Both the position numbers and the translations under genes were made by a program. Of a stretch of 64,000 bases of DNA, positions 27,575 to 43,000 are shown piece after piece. Below the pieces are notes generated by a model. The model was not told the origin of the DNA and searched no databases. It worked only from the letters and a program-made list of their open reading frames with translations. Position 1 is the first letter of the stretch. Each line of letters begins with the position of its first letter. The stretch is from Schmidtea polychroa (taxonomy: Eukaryota), in assembly GCA_044892525.1 (NCBI GenBank), contig CM097885.1, positions 51,834,001 through 51,898,000 on the forward strand, given 5' to 3'.

Positions 27575-28260
27575 TTAAATACAGTAAATTATAGTCCTAA
27601 AAATTGAATTACAGTAAATTATGGTTCTAAAAATTAAATTACAGTAAATAATGGTCCAAAAAAATTAAATTAAAAGTAAAATATGGTCCAAATTTTTCAA
27701 TTACAGTAAATAATGGTCCTAAAAAATTAAATTACAGTAAATAATGGTTCTAAAAAATTAAATTACAGTAAATTATGGCTCAAATTTTTCAATTACAGTA
27801 AATAATGGTTCTAAAAATTGAATTACAGTAAATTATGGTTCTAAAAATTAAATTATAGTAAATTATGGCTCAAATTTTTAAATTAAAGTAAATAATGGTT
27901 CTAAAAAATTAAATTAAAGTAAATTATGGATCAAATTTTCAAATAAGGTAATAATGGTCCTAAAAAATTAAATTACAGTAAATAATGGTTCTAAAAATTA
28001 AATTAAAGTAAATTATGGTTCTAAAATATTAAATTACAGTAAATTATGGTCCAGATTTTTCAATTAAAGTAAATTATAGTCCAAATTTTTAAATTAAAGT
28101 AAATTAAGGTTCTAAAAATTAAATTAAAGTAAATAATGGTCCAAATTTTTAAATTAAGTAATCAATGGTAAAAAAATTTTAAATAAGTAAATTAAAGTAA
28201 TAATTTTTAAATAAGTAAATTAAAGTAATGTAATAAGTAAATTAAAGTAAGATTTTAAAA
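27575..28260 (+). repeat. ~30-bp tandem array (AATTACAGTAAATAATGGTTCTAAAAAATTA-like)
   Basis: Seen directly. Mirrored at ~41820-42525. Confidence 0.95.
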
Positions 28261-28574
28261 TTTAATTACAAAATAATAGAAGGTGTTTGAGAATTGAAAT
28301 TTTTTAATGAAATTTTTATGAAATAATTTTTAAGTAATTTTTAATAGAAATTTTAATGAAATATTTTTCAATGGTAATTTTTAATGGAAATTTTTATGGA
28401 ATAATTTTTTAAGTAATTTTTAATGGAAATTTTTATGAAATATTTTTCAATGATAATTTTAGATGGAAATTTTTATGAAATATTTTTCAATGATAATTTT
28501 AGATGGAAATTTTTAAGATAATTTTTAAAGAAAATTTTTATGAAATATTTTTCAAAGACAAATTTTAATAATAA

Positions 28575-29630
28575 TTCAACAACAAATCAACAACTTAGTA
28601 CCAACAACCAGTAACTTATGAACATGTATTAACAACCAGATACCTACAACTAGTTACTAACAACCAGTTACCTGATACCAGATACCTACAACTAGATACC
28701 TACAACTAGTTACCTGATACCAACTACTAACAACCACCTACCCATTAACTAGCTACAACCAGCTAACAACTAGATACCACGTACTAAATAACTCTCAAAC
28801 AACCAAGTACTTACAACTAATTACCAGATACCAAGTACTATCAACCAGCTTACAACCTGATACCAACAACTAACAACCAACTACCAAGTACTTACAACTA
28901 GTTACTAACAACCAGTTACCTGATACCAAGTACCTACAACTAGATACCACTTACTAAATAACTCTCAAACAACCAAGTACCTACAACTAATTACCAGATA
29001 CCAAGTACTATCAACCAGCTAACAACCTGATACCAACTACTCACAACCAGATAACAACTAACAACCAGATACCAAGTACTAACAACTAGTTACTAACAAC
29101 TAGCTACCAACTACTAAGTACTAACAACCAACATCAACCAGGTACTAAGCATTATCAACCAAGTACTAACAACTAGATACCTAGTTACTAACAACCCGCT
29201 AACAACTAACAACTAGATACCAAGTACCAGTAAATTACGAACATGTATTAACAACCAGATACCTACAACTAGTTACTAACAACTAGTTACCTGATAGCAA
29301 CCAACTAGCTACCAACTACTAAGTACCTACAACCAACATCAACCAGGTACTAAGCACTAATTACCAACTACTAAGTACCTACAACCAACATCAACCAGGT
29401 ACTAAGCATCATCAACCAACTACTAAGTACCTACAACCAACTAGCTACCACCTACCAAGTACTAACAACCAGTTACCAACTACTAAGCATTAATTACCTA
29501 CAACTAGTTACTAACAACTAGCTACCAAGTACATACAACCAGACACTAAGCATTATCAACCAAGTACTAACAACCAAGTACAAGATACCTAGTACTGTCA
29601 ACTAGATACCAAACACTTACAACCAGATGA
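28575..29630 (+). repeat. A/C-rich shuffled-motif repeat (CAACTAGATACC / CAAGTACTAACAAC)
   Basis: G-poor patchwork of short motifs. Mirrored as G/T-rich sequence at ~40440-41495. Confidence 0.9.
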
Positions 29631-29996
29631 CCACATGAAATTATTGGTTAAATATGAAAATAAGGGTTATAATTAGTTATTTAGTAAATTATGGTGTAAA
29701 ATTAAGTAATAAAGCATAAATAGGTAAATTAAGGATAAGTAAATTAAAATTAAAAAATTAAATTAAAGTTAATTAAGGTCCAAATTTTAAAAATAAGTAA
29801 TCAATGTTCTAAAAAATTAAATTAAAGTTAAATAAGTAAATTAAAGTAATAATTTTTAAAGAATTTAATTAAAGTAATAATTTTTAAATAAGTAATGTAA
29901 TAAGTAAATTAAAGTAAGATTTTTAATTTTATTATCAAAAGATTGAATAACCACCAACTTTTTTGAGAAATGTAATTTATAATGAAAATTTAAATG

Positions 29997-30051
<55 letters not shown>

Positions 30052-30479
30052 TCAACAGTTACCAACAATCGGTTACTGATTATTTTTTAACTAGGTGCTA
30101 ACAAATACTTACAACTAGATACCACGTACTAACTAACTCTCAAACAACCAGATACTTACAACTAACTACTAAATATTCTTCACTGTATTTTATGAAATGC
30201 TTTTTAAATTAATATTTTTTATACAGCTTCTATAATAATTTTAATTACAATCAGTAGAAAAACCTTTTCAAAATGTCTAAATTTAACAAAAATGTTGATT
30301 TTCATCAAAAAACCACAACTCAACCACTTTAAAACACCACGTGGAATTCAAAATAATTACAATGAAAGACTAATGAATTCTAATTTACAAAACATTCTTC
30401 TTTTAAATGATAACTACTGACTTATTATTACAAAGTAAAAATCACATTCAATAAATACTTATTATTGATCAGTTTTATT

Positions 30480-33400
30480 ATATATACTCTGAGTTTATCC
30501 GACAGGATGTTTTGACCCCCCTAAGGGTACATGTCGTAAGGGTATTAGTCGTAAGGGTACTGGTCGTAAAGGTACTAGTCGTAGGGGTATTGGTAACACT
30601 TAACCACAACCTATCCATTAACTAGCTACTAAGTACTAACCACTAGGTTTCAAACAACAACTACTAACAACCACCATCAAAACCCATCGAGAAATTAACA
30701 AATATCAACCTACAACTATATAACAATCAGTAAACAACACTGTACCAACTACCAAATACAAGATACCAACAACTTAGTACCAACAATCAACTAACAACAC
30801 ATAAAAATAATAGCAATTAAATACAAAATATTCTTCATCGCATACACTATTTTCTTATCAAAATCTAAAAAGTCAACCAACTACTTACAACTAACAACTA
30901 TGTACTAACAAATTGATCTTTAAAAGAAAATACTCATCACTTGAAAAATTAGATGGAAAATTAATTGAACTCAAGACATCAATAACTTGGTAAAAATTGA
31001 TTAAATAATTGTAAAAATTTAAATTATTCGAAATAAATATCATAAAAATTAAATTAATGGACAAAAAAAATTCTAGTCATCCAGTAAATAAAAAAAAATA
31101 TTGATCATTCAAGTTATTATGAATCAACTAAGATAATAAATTAATAAAAATTTTGAAATAAGATCTAGTAGATAATTGATTTAGATTGAATAAATTAATT
31201 GAAATAAAATTAATTTTAATTATTTTTTTAAAAGTAATACATGTACTCAAATTGATTGACTGATTTCTCAATATATTCAAAAAATCAGTATAAATTCATT
31301 ACAATTATCAAAGTCAGCAATCTACAATAAAAATAATTATCATTAAATTCCAAGAGAGACTAGAAAACTAATGATAACATCTAATAAACCAGTAAATTCA
31401 TTTAAATAGCAATAATTGGTATATCCAAGTGAATTCTCTAATAAAACCATCTAAAAAGAATCATTTTCCCTGAAATATATCAATATTTAAAGATTGGTAT
31501 TTTAATGATAAGTACTTGTTAAAGATCATATATTCACCTCAAACTAACAAGATTCCTTAAAATCCCCTTAAATGACTATATTTCTATCCTTAATTCATAT
31601 TATTACAAATATCATCTAAAAAGCATCAAATTTCATTGAAATAACACTATCTTTAAAGATTGATATTTTAATGATAAGTACCCTTAAAAGACTATATATT
31701 CACCTCAAACTAACAAGATTCCTTAAAATCTCTTAAATGACTATATTTCTACCCTTAATCCATATTATTACAAATATTTCACTAAAATCATCTAAAAAGC
31801 ATCAAATTTCCCTGAAATAACTCTATCTTTAAAGATTGATATTTTAATGATAAGTACCCTTAAAAGACTATATATTCACCTCAAACTAACAAGATTCCTT
31901 AAAATCTCTTAAATGACTATATTTCTACCCTTAATCCATATTATTACAAATATTTCACTAAAATCATCTAAAAAGCATCAAATTTCCCTGAAATAACTAT
32001 CTTTAAAGATTAGTATTTTATCGATAAATATCCTTAAAAGGTTATATATATACCTCAGACTAATAAGATTCCTTAAAATCCCCTTTAAATGACTTTAATT
32101 CCTATTATCACGAATATTATAAAACATGTAAAATAATTTGGTCATTAACCCTAAATAATTTATAAAATCTAATGATAAAACCGGTTATAATAAAATTTTT
32201 GTTAATCACTGTACTCGAAATTTAAAATAAATATAACTGACTAGGTCCCATTGAAAGATTAAATTTATCCATTCAATAAAATATATTTCTTCAAATGATC
32301 ATTTTTACCGATATTCAACCGATTTAATTACTAATTAAAATCAAGATTCCTTCCAATAAAGATCAATTTTATTTAGTGTTTGTCGATGTTTTAAGTCCAT
32401 ATTTCTCAACTTTTGTCATTCTCCGCCTAAATAAAGATAAAAATAAATTAAAGTTGATATCAATCCCAATTATCTGTAAAGATTTCATTGTCAAAATCAA
32501 GTAAATCGGTCATTAACACTACGTAATAAAATATTGTTCTAAATTAATTTACTGTGCATTAATCACAACCTAATAAAACGATATAATTATTATTGATACA
32601 TAACTGACTAATTGACATTTCCCTTAAAACATTGATATTTTACCAACATCACCCTTAAAAAATCATATATTCCCACCTTATCCGATCTCTCATTAAAATA
32701 AATCGACTATATCTCCCCTACAACGATAAATTCCCATCTTAACCCATCCCTCATTAAATCTAACCGACTATATCCCCTCAAAAGATCATATATTCCCATC
32801 TTAACCCATTCTTCATTAAATCCAATCGACTATATCTCCCTTACAATGATATATTCCCATCTTAACCGATCTCTCATTAAATCTAACCGACTATATCTCC
32901 CTTAAAAGATCATATTTTCCCATCTTAATCGATCTCTCATTAAATATTTCTACCTCTTTAAACATCTAACCAAATATATCCTTCAATTCTACTCACTTGA
33001 ATCCTCCTTTAATTCAGTCAATCCTCTTAAAATCCTTAAAGAATTCTTCAAAAAATATGAATTTTCATAAACACCAAATATTCTTCCATTGAAATAATTT
33101 AGAAGCTATGTAGTAAGAGCCTACTAAAAGATCAAAAATCAATATTTTCTACAAATATTTACCATCAAATACTGGAGATGATATATATTGATTGATTATA
33201 ATTCTTCATCGATTCAGCCAATCATTTTCAAGCAATAACAGCAAACTAAATTTCTTTATATCCTACAATAATTATCACGTAAATTTAAAGTCCCTGATAA
33301 AGTTAACTGGTTTCTTAGCTTATGTTTTTAAAGATCATCAATGTGTAAATATTCTTAGAAAATTATTGAAAAAATTATTTATTCAAATATATTACAAAGT

Positions 33401-34089
33401 TATCATCAAAAATTTATTCTATCACTTAATTATTAACCTAATTGTCAATGAAATTAATTTTTATTTAAAAACTATTCAATAAAATACAACTAATTATCAA
33501 GAAATTAATTAAATTTATCAATTAAATTTATCACCATTAAAACTTTTAATCAGTCAACATGAAATTCTTAGAAAATTATTCAATATCCTCATCAAAATTT
33601 ATCCTACCACTTGATTATTGTAAAAACTCTAATTATTAACCTCATTGAAAATAATTTTTATTTAAAATTAAAAATACATCCAATTATCAAGAAATTAATT
33701 AAATTTATCTTAGAACTAACTTTAAATTATTAAATATTCATTCAATAAACATGAAATTTGCAAAAATGATAGAAATTCATAAAAATGATAGATATCCACA
33801 AAAAATTACGGAAATTCATGAAAATATTAGAAATTCACGTTTTCATGATGGAAATTCACAAAAATGATAGAAATTCATAAAAATGATAGAAATTTACTTG
33901 AATAAAACCATCAACTCTAAAAATTATCAATGAATGCCTTATACAAATTTGCCTAAATAATCATTCAAATAAAAGCATTAAATACCTTTACGACTAATAC
34001 ACTTACGACATGTTGAATGTGAGTAGTACCCTTGTGAGCAATACCCATAGGGGGACAGAATATTTTGTCGGATAAACTCAGAGTATATA
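30480..34089. mobile_element. Nested ~3.6-kb non-coding TIR element in the left arm
   Basis: ATATATACTCTGAGTTTATCCGACA at 30480 is inverted at ~34066-34090. Subterminal GTCGTAAGGGTA/TACCTTTACGAC repeats occur at both ends. Internal tandem arrays of ~175 bp (31450-32095), ~62 bp (32650-32945) and ~20 bp (33750-33895). Confidence 0.75.
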
Positions 34090-34683
34090 TTAATTAACTC
34101 ATTCTTCATTGAATCAGTAAAATTATCATAAATTTCGATAAAAATTCTAAAGTGGTAAGCAATGTAAAGAGAAATATTCTTTAAACTTTGATAAAATTAA
34201 CAATGAAGGTGGTAAGAATCTTCATTAAAGTGAGGAAATTATTCATTACTCGATTCAAATGGGTGAAAATAATTGGTAAAATAATTCATTAATGGATCAT
34301 GAGAGGAAAATACTGAGAAGTGGCATAGATAACATGAAGGTTGATAAGAATGGAAATATATTATTTAAAATTATTTCATAAAATTCATAAATTTAATAAA
34401 AACAAAACTTTTAAAACAAATATTTGTGGGGGATGTTTTAAGTGAATAATTAATCAAAATCGGTGGAATATAAGTAGAAAATCGGGGGGGGTGAGGGTTA
34501 TAAGTGAATAACTAATGGAAAATCGGTGGAAAATATAGGGATTAAATAGTGGAGAATAATAGTGAATATAAGTGAGGAGGATATATAATTTAAGCTAGTA
34601 TATTACATAACAAGCCGCGACTAGTTTATTACATAACAAGCCGCGACTATTTTATTACATAACAAGCTGTGAATAGTATTTTA

Positions 34684-35581
34684 TTGAAAATTATTGATTA
34701 GGTCTTTTTTTTTTAATTTTTGAATAGGTACTTTAATACCTTAATAATTTAAATGTTTTGATTTACACCAAATAATTTCTAAATCAATTACCCTTTTCAA
34801 TCAAAATAAGTTAATATTCAAACATGAGTCTTATAAAATACAATAAACATTTTATAAGTTTTTCAAATTCTCAAATATTGTAAATAAGAAATTAATCTAT
34901 TACCAGTTATATACTTCTAAACTTATTGACGGAAATATGTAATAGAAATAAAAAGTAACTTAGGTCATTATTTTTTATCAAATTTATGACTAAGTACTCT
35001 AATATTACAAAAATAGCTTTTTATTATAAAATTTACTATTTTACACTAAGTATTTCGAAAACAAATATCATAATATGAATTATATTATTCTTTTCAATAA
35101 TAAGATAAAAATTCAAATAAATGACTTATAAAATACAATTAAAATTAAATTCTTTACACTAAATTTAAAAATATAAATTTTATAGGTAAATGTGAATAAG
35201 AAATTAATTTATTAACAGTTATAGACTTTTAAAGCTTAATGATGGAATTAGGTAATAGAAAGTAAATTTTTTTTAAAAGTCCTTTAATATTGTATACTAG
35301 TCATTATTTAATTTACTATTTTACACTAAATATTTCTATTTAGAAAACAATCATCATAATATTAAATATGAAAGTTCAATCAAAATAAGCTAATACTCGA
35401 ATATATATCTTATAAAATACAATCAAAATTAAATACTTCAAAAATTTTAAGTAAAGTTTTTTAAATTCTCAAGATATTAATTTATTAATCATTAAAGACT
35501 ATTTAAACTTATCATTAGAATTAAACAATAATATATTAAAAATACAATTAAAATTAAATTATATACTAGGTAAAATGTTGG
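34684..35581. other. Non-palindromic central spacer (~0.9 kb)
   Basis: Arm symmetry stops at 34683/35582. The spacer holds about three diverged ~290-bp direct repeats starting near 34795, 35091 and 35375. Confidence 0.85.
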
Positions 35582-38500
35582 TAAAATACCAATCACAGCT
35601 TGTTATGTAATAAAATAGTCGCGGCTTGTTATGTAATAAACTAGCTTAAATTATATATCCTCCTCACTTATATTCACTATTATTCTCCACTATTTAATCC
35701 CTATATTTTCCACCGATTTTCCATTAGTTATTCACTTATAACCCTCACCCCCCCCCCCGATTTTCTACTTATATTCCACCGATTTTGATTAATTATTCAC
35801 TTAAAACATCCCCCACAAATATTTGTTTTAAAAGTTTTGTTTTTATTAAATTTATGAATTTTATGAAATAATTTTAAATAATATATTTCCATTCTTATCA
35901 ACCTTCATGTTATCTATGCCACTTCTCAGTATTTTCCTCTCATGATCCATTAATGAATTATTTTACCAATTATTTTCACCCATTTGAATCGAGTAATGAA
36001 TAATTTCCTCACTTTAATGAAGATTCTTACCACCTTCATTGTTAATTTTATCAAAGTTTAAAGAATATTTCTCTTTACATTGCTTACCACTTTAGAATTT
36101 TTATCGAAATTTATGATAATTTTACTGATTCAATGAAGAATGAGTTAATTAATATATACTCTGAGTTTATCCGACAAAATATTCTGTCCCCCTATGGGTA
36201 TTGCTCACAAGGGTACTACTCACATTCAACATGTCGTAAGTGTATTAGTCGTAAAGGTATTTAATGCTTTTATTTGAATGATTATTTAGGCAAATTTGTA
36301 TAAGGCATTCATTGATAATTTTTAGAGTTGATGGTTTTATTCAAGTAAATTTCTATCATTTTTATGAATTTCTATCATTTTTGTGAATTTCCATCATGAA
36401 AACGTGAATTTCTAATATTTTCATGAATTTCCGTAATTTTTTGTGGATATCTATCATTTTTATGAATTTCTATCATTTTTGCAAATTTCATGTTTATTGA
36501 ATGAATATTTAATAATTTAAAGTTAGTTCTAAGATAAATTTAATTAATTTCTTGATAATTGGATGTATTTTTAATTTTAAATAAAAATTATTTTCAATGA
36601 GGTTAATAATTAGAGTTTTTACAATAATCAAGTGGTAGGATAAATTTTGATGAGGATATTGAATAATTTTCTAAGAATTTCATGTTGACTGATTAAAAGT
36701 TTTAATGGTGATAAATTTAATTGATAAATTTAATTAATTTCTTGATAATTAGTTGTATTTTATTGAATAGTTTTTAAATAAAAATTAATTTCATTGACAA
36801 TTAGGTTAATAATTAAGTGATAGAATAAATTTTTGATGATAACTTTGTAATATATTTGAATAAATAATTTTTTCAATAATTTTCTAAGAATATTTACACA
36901 TTGATGATCTTTAAAAACATAAGCTAAGAAACCAGTTAACTTTATCAGGGACTTTAAATTTACGTGATAATTATTGTAGGATATAAAGAAATTTAGTTTG
37001 CTGTTATTGCTTGAAAATGATTGGCTGAATCGATGAAGAATTATAATCAATCAATATATATCATCTCCAGTATTTGATGGTAAATATTTGTAGAAAATAT
37101 TGATTTTTGATCTTTTAGTAGGCTCTTACTACATAGCTTCTAAATTATTTCAATGGAAGAATATTTGGTGTTTATGAAAATTCATATTTTTTGAAGAATT
37201 CTTTAAGGATTTTAAGAGGATTGACTGAATTAAAGGAGGATTCAAGTGAGTAGAATTGAAGGATATATTTGGTTAGATGTTTAAAGAGGTAGAAATATTT
37301 AATGAGAGATCGATTAAGATGGGAAAATATGATCTTTTAAGGGAGATATAGTCGGTTAGATTTAATGAGAGATCGGTTAAGATGGGAATATATCATTGTA
37401 AGGGAGATATAGTCGATTGGATTTAATGAAGAATGGGTTAAGATGGGAATATATGATCTTTTGAGGGGATATAGTCGGTTAGATTTAATGAGGGATGGGT
37501 TAAGATGGGAATTTATCGTTGTAGGGGAGATATAGTCGATTTATTTTAATGAGAGATCGGATAAGGTGGGAATATATGATTTTTTAAGGGTGATGTTGGT
37601 AAAATATCAATGTTTTAAGGGAAATGTCAATTAGTCAGTTATGTATCAATAATAATTATATCGTTTTATTAGGTTGTGATTAATGCACAGTAAATTAATT
37701 TAGAACAATATTTTATTACGTAGTGTTAATGACCGATTTACTTGATTTTGACAATGAAATCTTTACAGATAATTGGGATTGATATCAACTTTAATTTATT
37801 TTTATCTTTATTTAGGCGGAGAATGACAAAAGTTGAGAAATATGGACTTAAAACATCGACAAACACTAAATAAAATTGATCTTTATTGGAAGGAATCTTG
37901 ATTTTAATTAGTAATTAAATCGGTTGAATATCGGTAAAAATGATCATTTGAAGAAATATATTTTATTGAATGGATAAATTTAATCTTTCAATGGGACCTA
38001 GTCAGTTATATTTATTTTAAATTTCGAGTACAGTGATTAACAAAAATTTTATTATAACCGGTTTTATCATTAGATTTTATAAATTATTTAGGGTTAATGA
38101 CCAAATTATTTTACATGTTTTATAATATTCGTGATAATAGGAATTAAAGTCATTTAAAGGGGATTTTAAGGAATCTTATTAGTCTGAGGTATATATATAA
38201 CCTTTTAAGGATATTTATCGATAAAATACTAATCTTTAAAGATAGTTATTTCAGGGAAATTTGATGCTTTTTAGATGATTTTAGTGAAATATTTGTAATA
38301 ATATGGATTAAGGGTAGAAATATAGTCATTTAAGAGATTTTAAGGAATCTTGTTAGTTTGAGGTGAATATATAGTCTTTTAAGGGTACTTATCATTAAAA
38401 TATCAATCTTTAAAGATAGTGTTATTTCAATGAAATTTGATGCTTTTTAGATGATATTTGTAATAATATGAATTAAGGATAGAAATATAATCATTTAAGG

Positions 38501-40016
38501 GGATTTTAAGGAATCTTGTTAGTTTGAGGTGAATATATGATCTTTAACAAGTACTTATCATTAAAATACCAATCTTTAAATATTGATATATTTCAGGGAA
38601 AATGATTCTTTTTAGATGGTTTTATTAGAGAATTCACTTGGATATACCAATTATTGCTATTTAAATGAATTTACTGGTTTATTAGATGTTATCATTAGTT
38701 TTCTAGTCTCTCTTGGAATTTAATGATAATTATTTTTATTGTAGATTGCTGACTTTGATAATTGTAATGAATTTATACTGATTTTTTGAATATATTGAGA
38801 AATCAGTCAATCAATTTGAGTACATGTATTACTTTTAAAAAAATAATTAAAATTAATTTTATTTCAATTAATTTATTCAATCTAAATCAATTATCTACTA
38901 GATCTTATTTCAAAATTTTTATTAATTTATTATCTTAGTTGATTCATAATAACTTGAATGATCAATATTTTTTTTTTATTTACTGGATGACTAGAATTTT
39001 TTTTTGTCCATTAATTTAATTTTTATGATATTTATTTCGAATAATTTAAATTTTTACAATTATTTAATCAATTTTTACCAAGTTATTGATGTCTTGAGTT
39101 CAATTAATTTTCCATCTAATTTTTCAAGTGATGAGTATTTTCTTTTAAAGATCAATTTGTTAGTACATAGTTGTTAGTTGTAAGTAGTTGGTTGACTTTT
39201 TAGATTTTGATAAGAAAATAGTGTATGCGATGAAGAATATTTTGTATTTAATTGCTATTATTTTTATGTGTTGTTAGTTGATTGTTGGTACTAAGTTGTT
39301 GGTATCTTGTATTTGGTAGTTGGTACAGTGTTGTTTACTGATTGTTATATAGTTGTAGGTTGATATTTGTTAATTTCTCGATGGGTTTTGATGGTGGTTG
39401 TTAGTAGTTGTTGTTTGAAACCTAGTGGTTAGTACTTAGTAGCTAGTTAATGGATAGGTTGTGGTTAAGTGTTACCAATACCCCTACGACTAGTACCTTT
39501 ACGACCAGTACCCTTACGACTAATACCCTTACGACCTGTACCCTTAGGGGGGTCAAAACATCCTGTCGGATAAACTCAGAGTATATATAATAAAACTGAT
39601 CAATAATAAGTATTTATTGAATGTGATTTTTACTTTGCAATAATAAGTCAGTAGTTATCATTTAAAAGAAGAATGTTTTGTAAATTAGAATTCATTAGTC
39701 TTTCATTGTAATTATTTTGAATTCCACGTGGTGTTTTAAAGTGGTTGAGTTGTGGTTTTTTGATGAAAATCAACATTTTTGTTAAATTTAGACATTTTGA
39801 AAAGGTTTTTCTACTGATTGTAATTAAAATTATTATAGAAGCTGTATAAAAAATATTAATTTAAAAAGCATTTCATAAAATACAGTGAAGAATATTTAGT
39901 AGTTAGTTGTAAGTATCTGGTTGTTTGAGAGTTAGTTAGTACGTGGTATCTAGTTGTAAGTATTTGTTAGCACCTAGTTAAAAAATAATCAGTAACCGAT
40001 TGTTGGTAACTGTTGA

Positions 40017-40074
<58 letters not shown>

Positions 40075-43000
40075 CATTTAAATTTTCATTATAAATTACA
40101 TTTCTCAAAAAAGTTGGTGGTTATTCAATCTTTTGATAATAAAATTAAAAATCTTACTTTAATTTACTTATTACATTACTTATTTAAAAATTATTACTTT
40201 AATTAAATTCTTTAAAAATTATTACTTTAATTTACTTATTTAACTTTAATTTAATTTTTTAGAACATTGATTACTTATTTTTAAAATTTGGACCTTAATT
40301 AACTTTAATTTAATTTTTTAATTTTAATTTACTTATCCTTAATTTACCTATTTATGCTTTATTACTTAATTTTACACCATAATTTACTAAATAACTAATT
40401 ATAACCCTTATTTTCATATTTAACCAATAATTTCATGTGGTCATCTGGTTGTAAGTGTTTGGTATCTAGTTGACAGTACTAGGTATCTTGTACTTGGTTG
40501 TTAGTACTTGGTTGATAATGCTTAGTGTCTGGTTGTATGTACTTGGTAGCTAGTTGTTAGTAACTAGTTGTAGGTAATTAATGCTTAGTAGTTGGTAACT
40601 GGTTGTTAGTACTTGGTAGGTGGTAGCTAGTTGGTTGTAGGTACTTAGTAGTTGGTTGATGATGCTTAGTACCTGGTTGATGTTGGTTGTAGGTACTTAG
40701 TAGTTGGTAATTAGTGCTTAGTACCTGGTTGATGTTGGTTGTAGGTACTTAGTAGTTGGTAGCTAGTTGGTTGCTATCAGGTAACTAGTTGTTAGTAACT
40801 AGTTGTAGGTATCTGGTTGTTAATACATGTTCGTAATTTACTGGTACTTGGTATCTAGTTGTTAGTTGTTAGCGGGTTGTTAGTAACTAGGTATCTAGTT
40901 GTTAGTACTTGGTTGATAATGCTTAGTACCTGGTTGATGTTGGTTGTTAGTACTTAGTAGTTGGTAGCTAGTTGTTAGTAACTAGTTGTAAGTACTTGGT
41001 ATCTGGTTGTTAGTTGTTATCTGGTTGTGAGTAGTTGGTATCAGGTTGTTAGCTGGTTGATAGTACTTGGTATCTGGTAATTAGTTGTAGGTACTTGGTT
41101 GTTTGAGAGTTATTTAGTACGTGGTATCTAGTTGTAGGTACTTGGTATCAGGTAACTGGTTGTTAGTAACTAGTTGTAAGTACTTGGTAGTTGGTTGTTA
41201 GTTGTTGGTATCAGGTTGTAAGCTGGTTGATAGTACTTGGTATCTGGTAATTAGTTGTAAGTACTTGGTTGTTTGAGAGTTATTTAGTACGTGGTATCTA
41301 GTTGTTAGCTGGTTGTAGCTAGTTAATGGGTAGGTGGTTGTTAGTAGTTGGTATCAGGTAACTAGTTGTAGGTATCTAGTTGTAGGTATCTGGTATCAGG
41401 TAACTGATTGTTAGTAACTAGTTGTAGGTATCTGGTTGTTAATACATGTTCATAAGTTACTGGTTGTTGGTACTAAGTTGTTGGTTTGTTGTTGAATTAT
41501 TATTAAAATTTGTCTTTGAAAAATATTTCATAAAAATTTTCATTAAAAATTATCTTAAAAATTTCCATCTAAAATTATCATTGAAAAATATTTCATAAAA
41601 ATTTCCATCTAAAATTATCATTGAAAAATATTTCATAAAAATTTCCATTAAAAATTACTTAAAAAATTATTCCATAAAAATTTCCATTAAAAATTACCAT
41701 TGAAAAATATTTCATTAAAATTTCTATTAAAAATTACTTAAAAATTATTTCATAAAAATTTTCATTAAAAAATTTCAATTCTCAAACACCTTCTATTATT
41801 TTGTAATTAAATTTTAAAATCTTACTTTAATTTACTTATTACATTACTTTAATTTACTTATTTAAAAATTATTACTTTAATTTACTTATTTAAAATTTTT
41901 TTACCATTGATTACTTAATTTAAAAATTTGGACCATTATTTACTTTAATTTAATTTTTAGAACCTTAATTTACTTTAATTTAAAAATTTGGACCATAATT
42001 TACTTTAATTGAAAAATATGGACCATAATTTACTGTAAATTAATATTTTAGAACCATAATTTACTTTAATTTAATTTTTAGAACCATTATTTACTGTAAT
42101 TTAATTTTTTAGGACCATTATTACCTTATTTGAAACTTTGATCCATAATTTACTTTAATTTAATTTTTTAGAACCATTATTTACTTTAATTTAAAAATTT
42201 GAGCCATAATTTACTATAATTTAATTTTTAGAACCATAATTTACTGTAATTCAATTTTTAGAACCATTATTTACTGTAATTGAAAAATTTGAGCCATAAT
42301 TTACTGTAATTTAATTTTTTAGAACCATTATTTACTGTAATTTAATTTTTTAGGACCATTATTTACTGTAATTGAAAAATTTGAGCCATAATTTACTGTA
42401 ATTTAATTTTTTGAACCATTATTTACTGTAATTTAATTTTTTTGAACCATTATTTACTGTAATTTAATTTTTAGAACCATAATTTACTGTAATTCAATTT
42501 TTAGGACTATAATTTACTGTATTTGAAAAATTTACCATGTTTTTTAGTGTAGACCACCTTTTTCTCAGGACCAAGGAGACTCACCTTAATTTAATTCGAA
42601 AAATCCATGCTTTTTTATTGATAGTCGGATTTTTGTATTGAAAATATCCTGAGACCTTAAATTACCACGTTTTTTTAGTGTAGACCAGCTTTTTGTATTG
42701 AAAAATTTTTTTGTATTGAAAATCCCAGGACCATCGAGACCCCCTCACTATAGTCTGAAAAATCCTTGGCTTTTTTAGTGGTAGTCGGATTTTTGTATTG
42801 AAAATATCCTGAGACCTTAAATTACCATGCTTTTTTAGTGTAGACCACCTATTTCTCAGGACCAAGGAGACTCACCTCACTATACTCTGAAAAATCCTTG
42901 GCTTTTTTAGTGGTAGTCGGATTTTTGTATTGAAAATATCCTGAGACCTTAAATTACCATGCTTTTTAGTGTAGACCACCTATTTCTCAGGACCAAGGAG

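Larger units (their letters stand above)
26179..34683 (+). repeat. Left arm of the giant inverted repeat (~8.5 kb)
   Basis: Reverse complement of 35582-44181. Mirrored ORFs in the track confirm this (26279/44086, 27236/42865, 33192/37050, 30068/40000). Confidence 0.97.
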
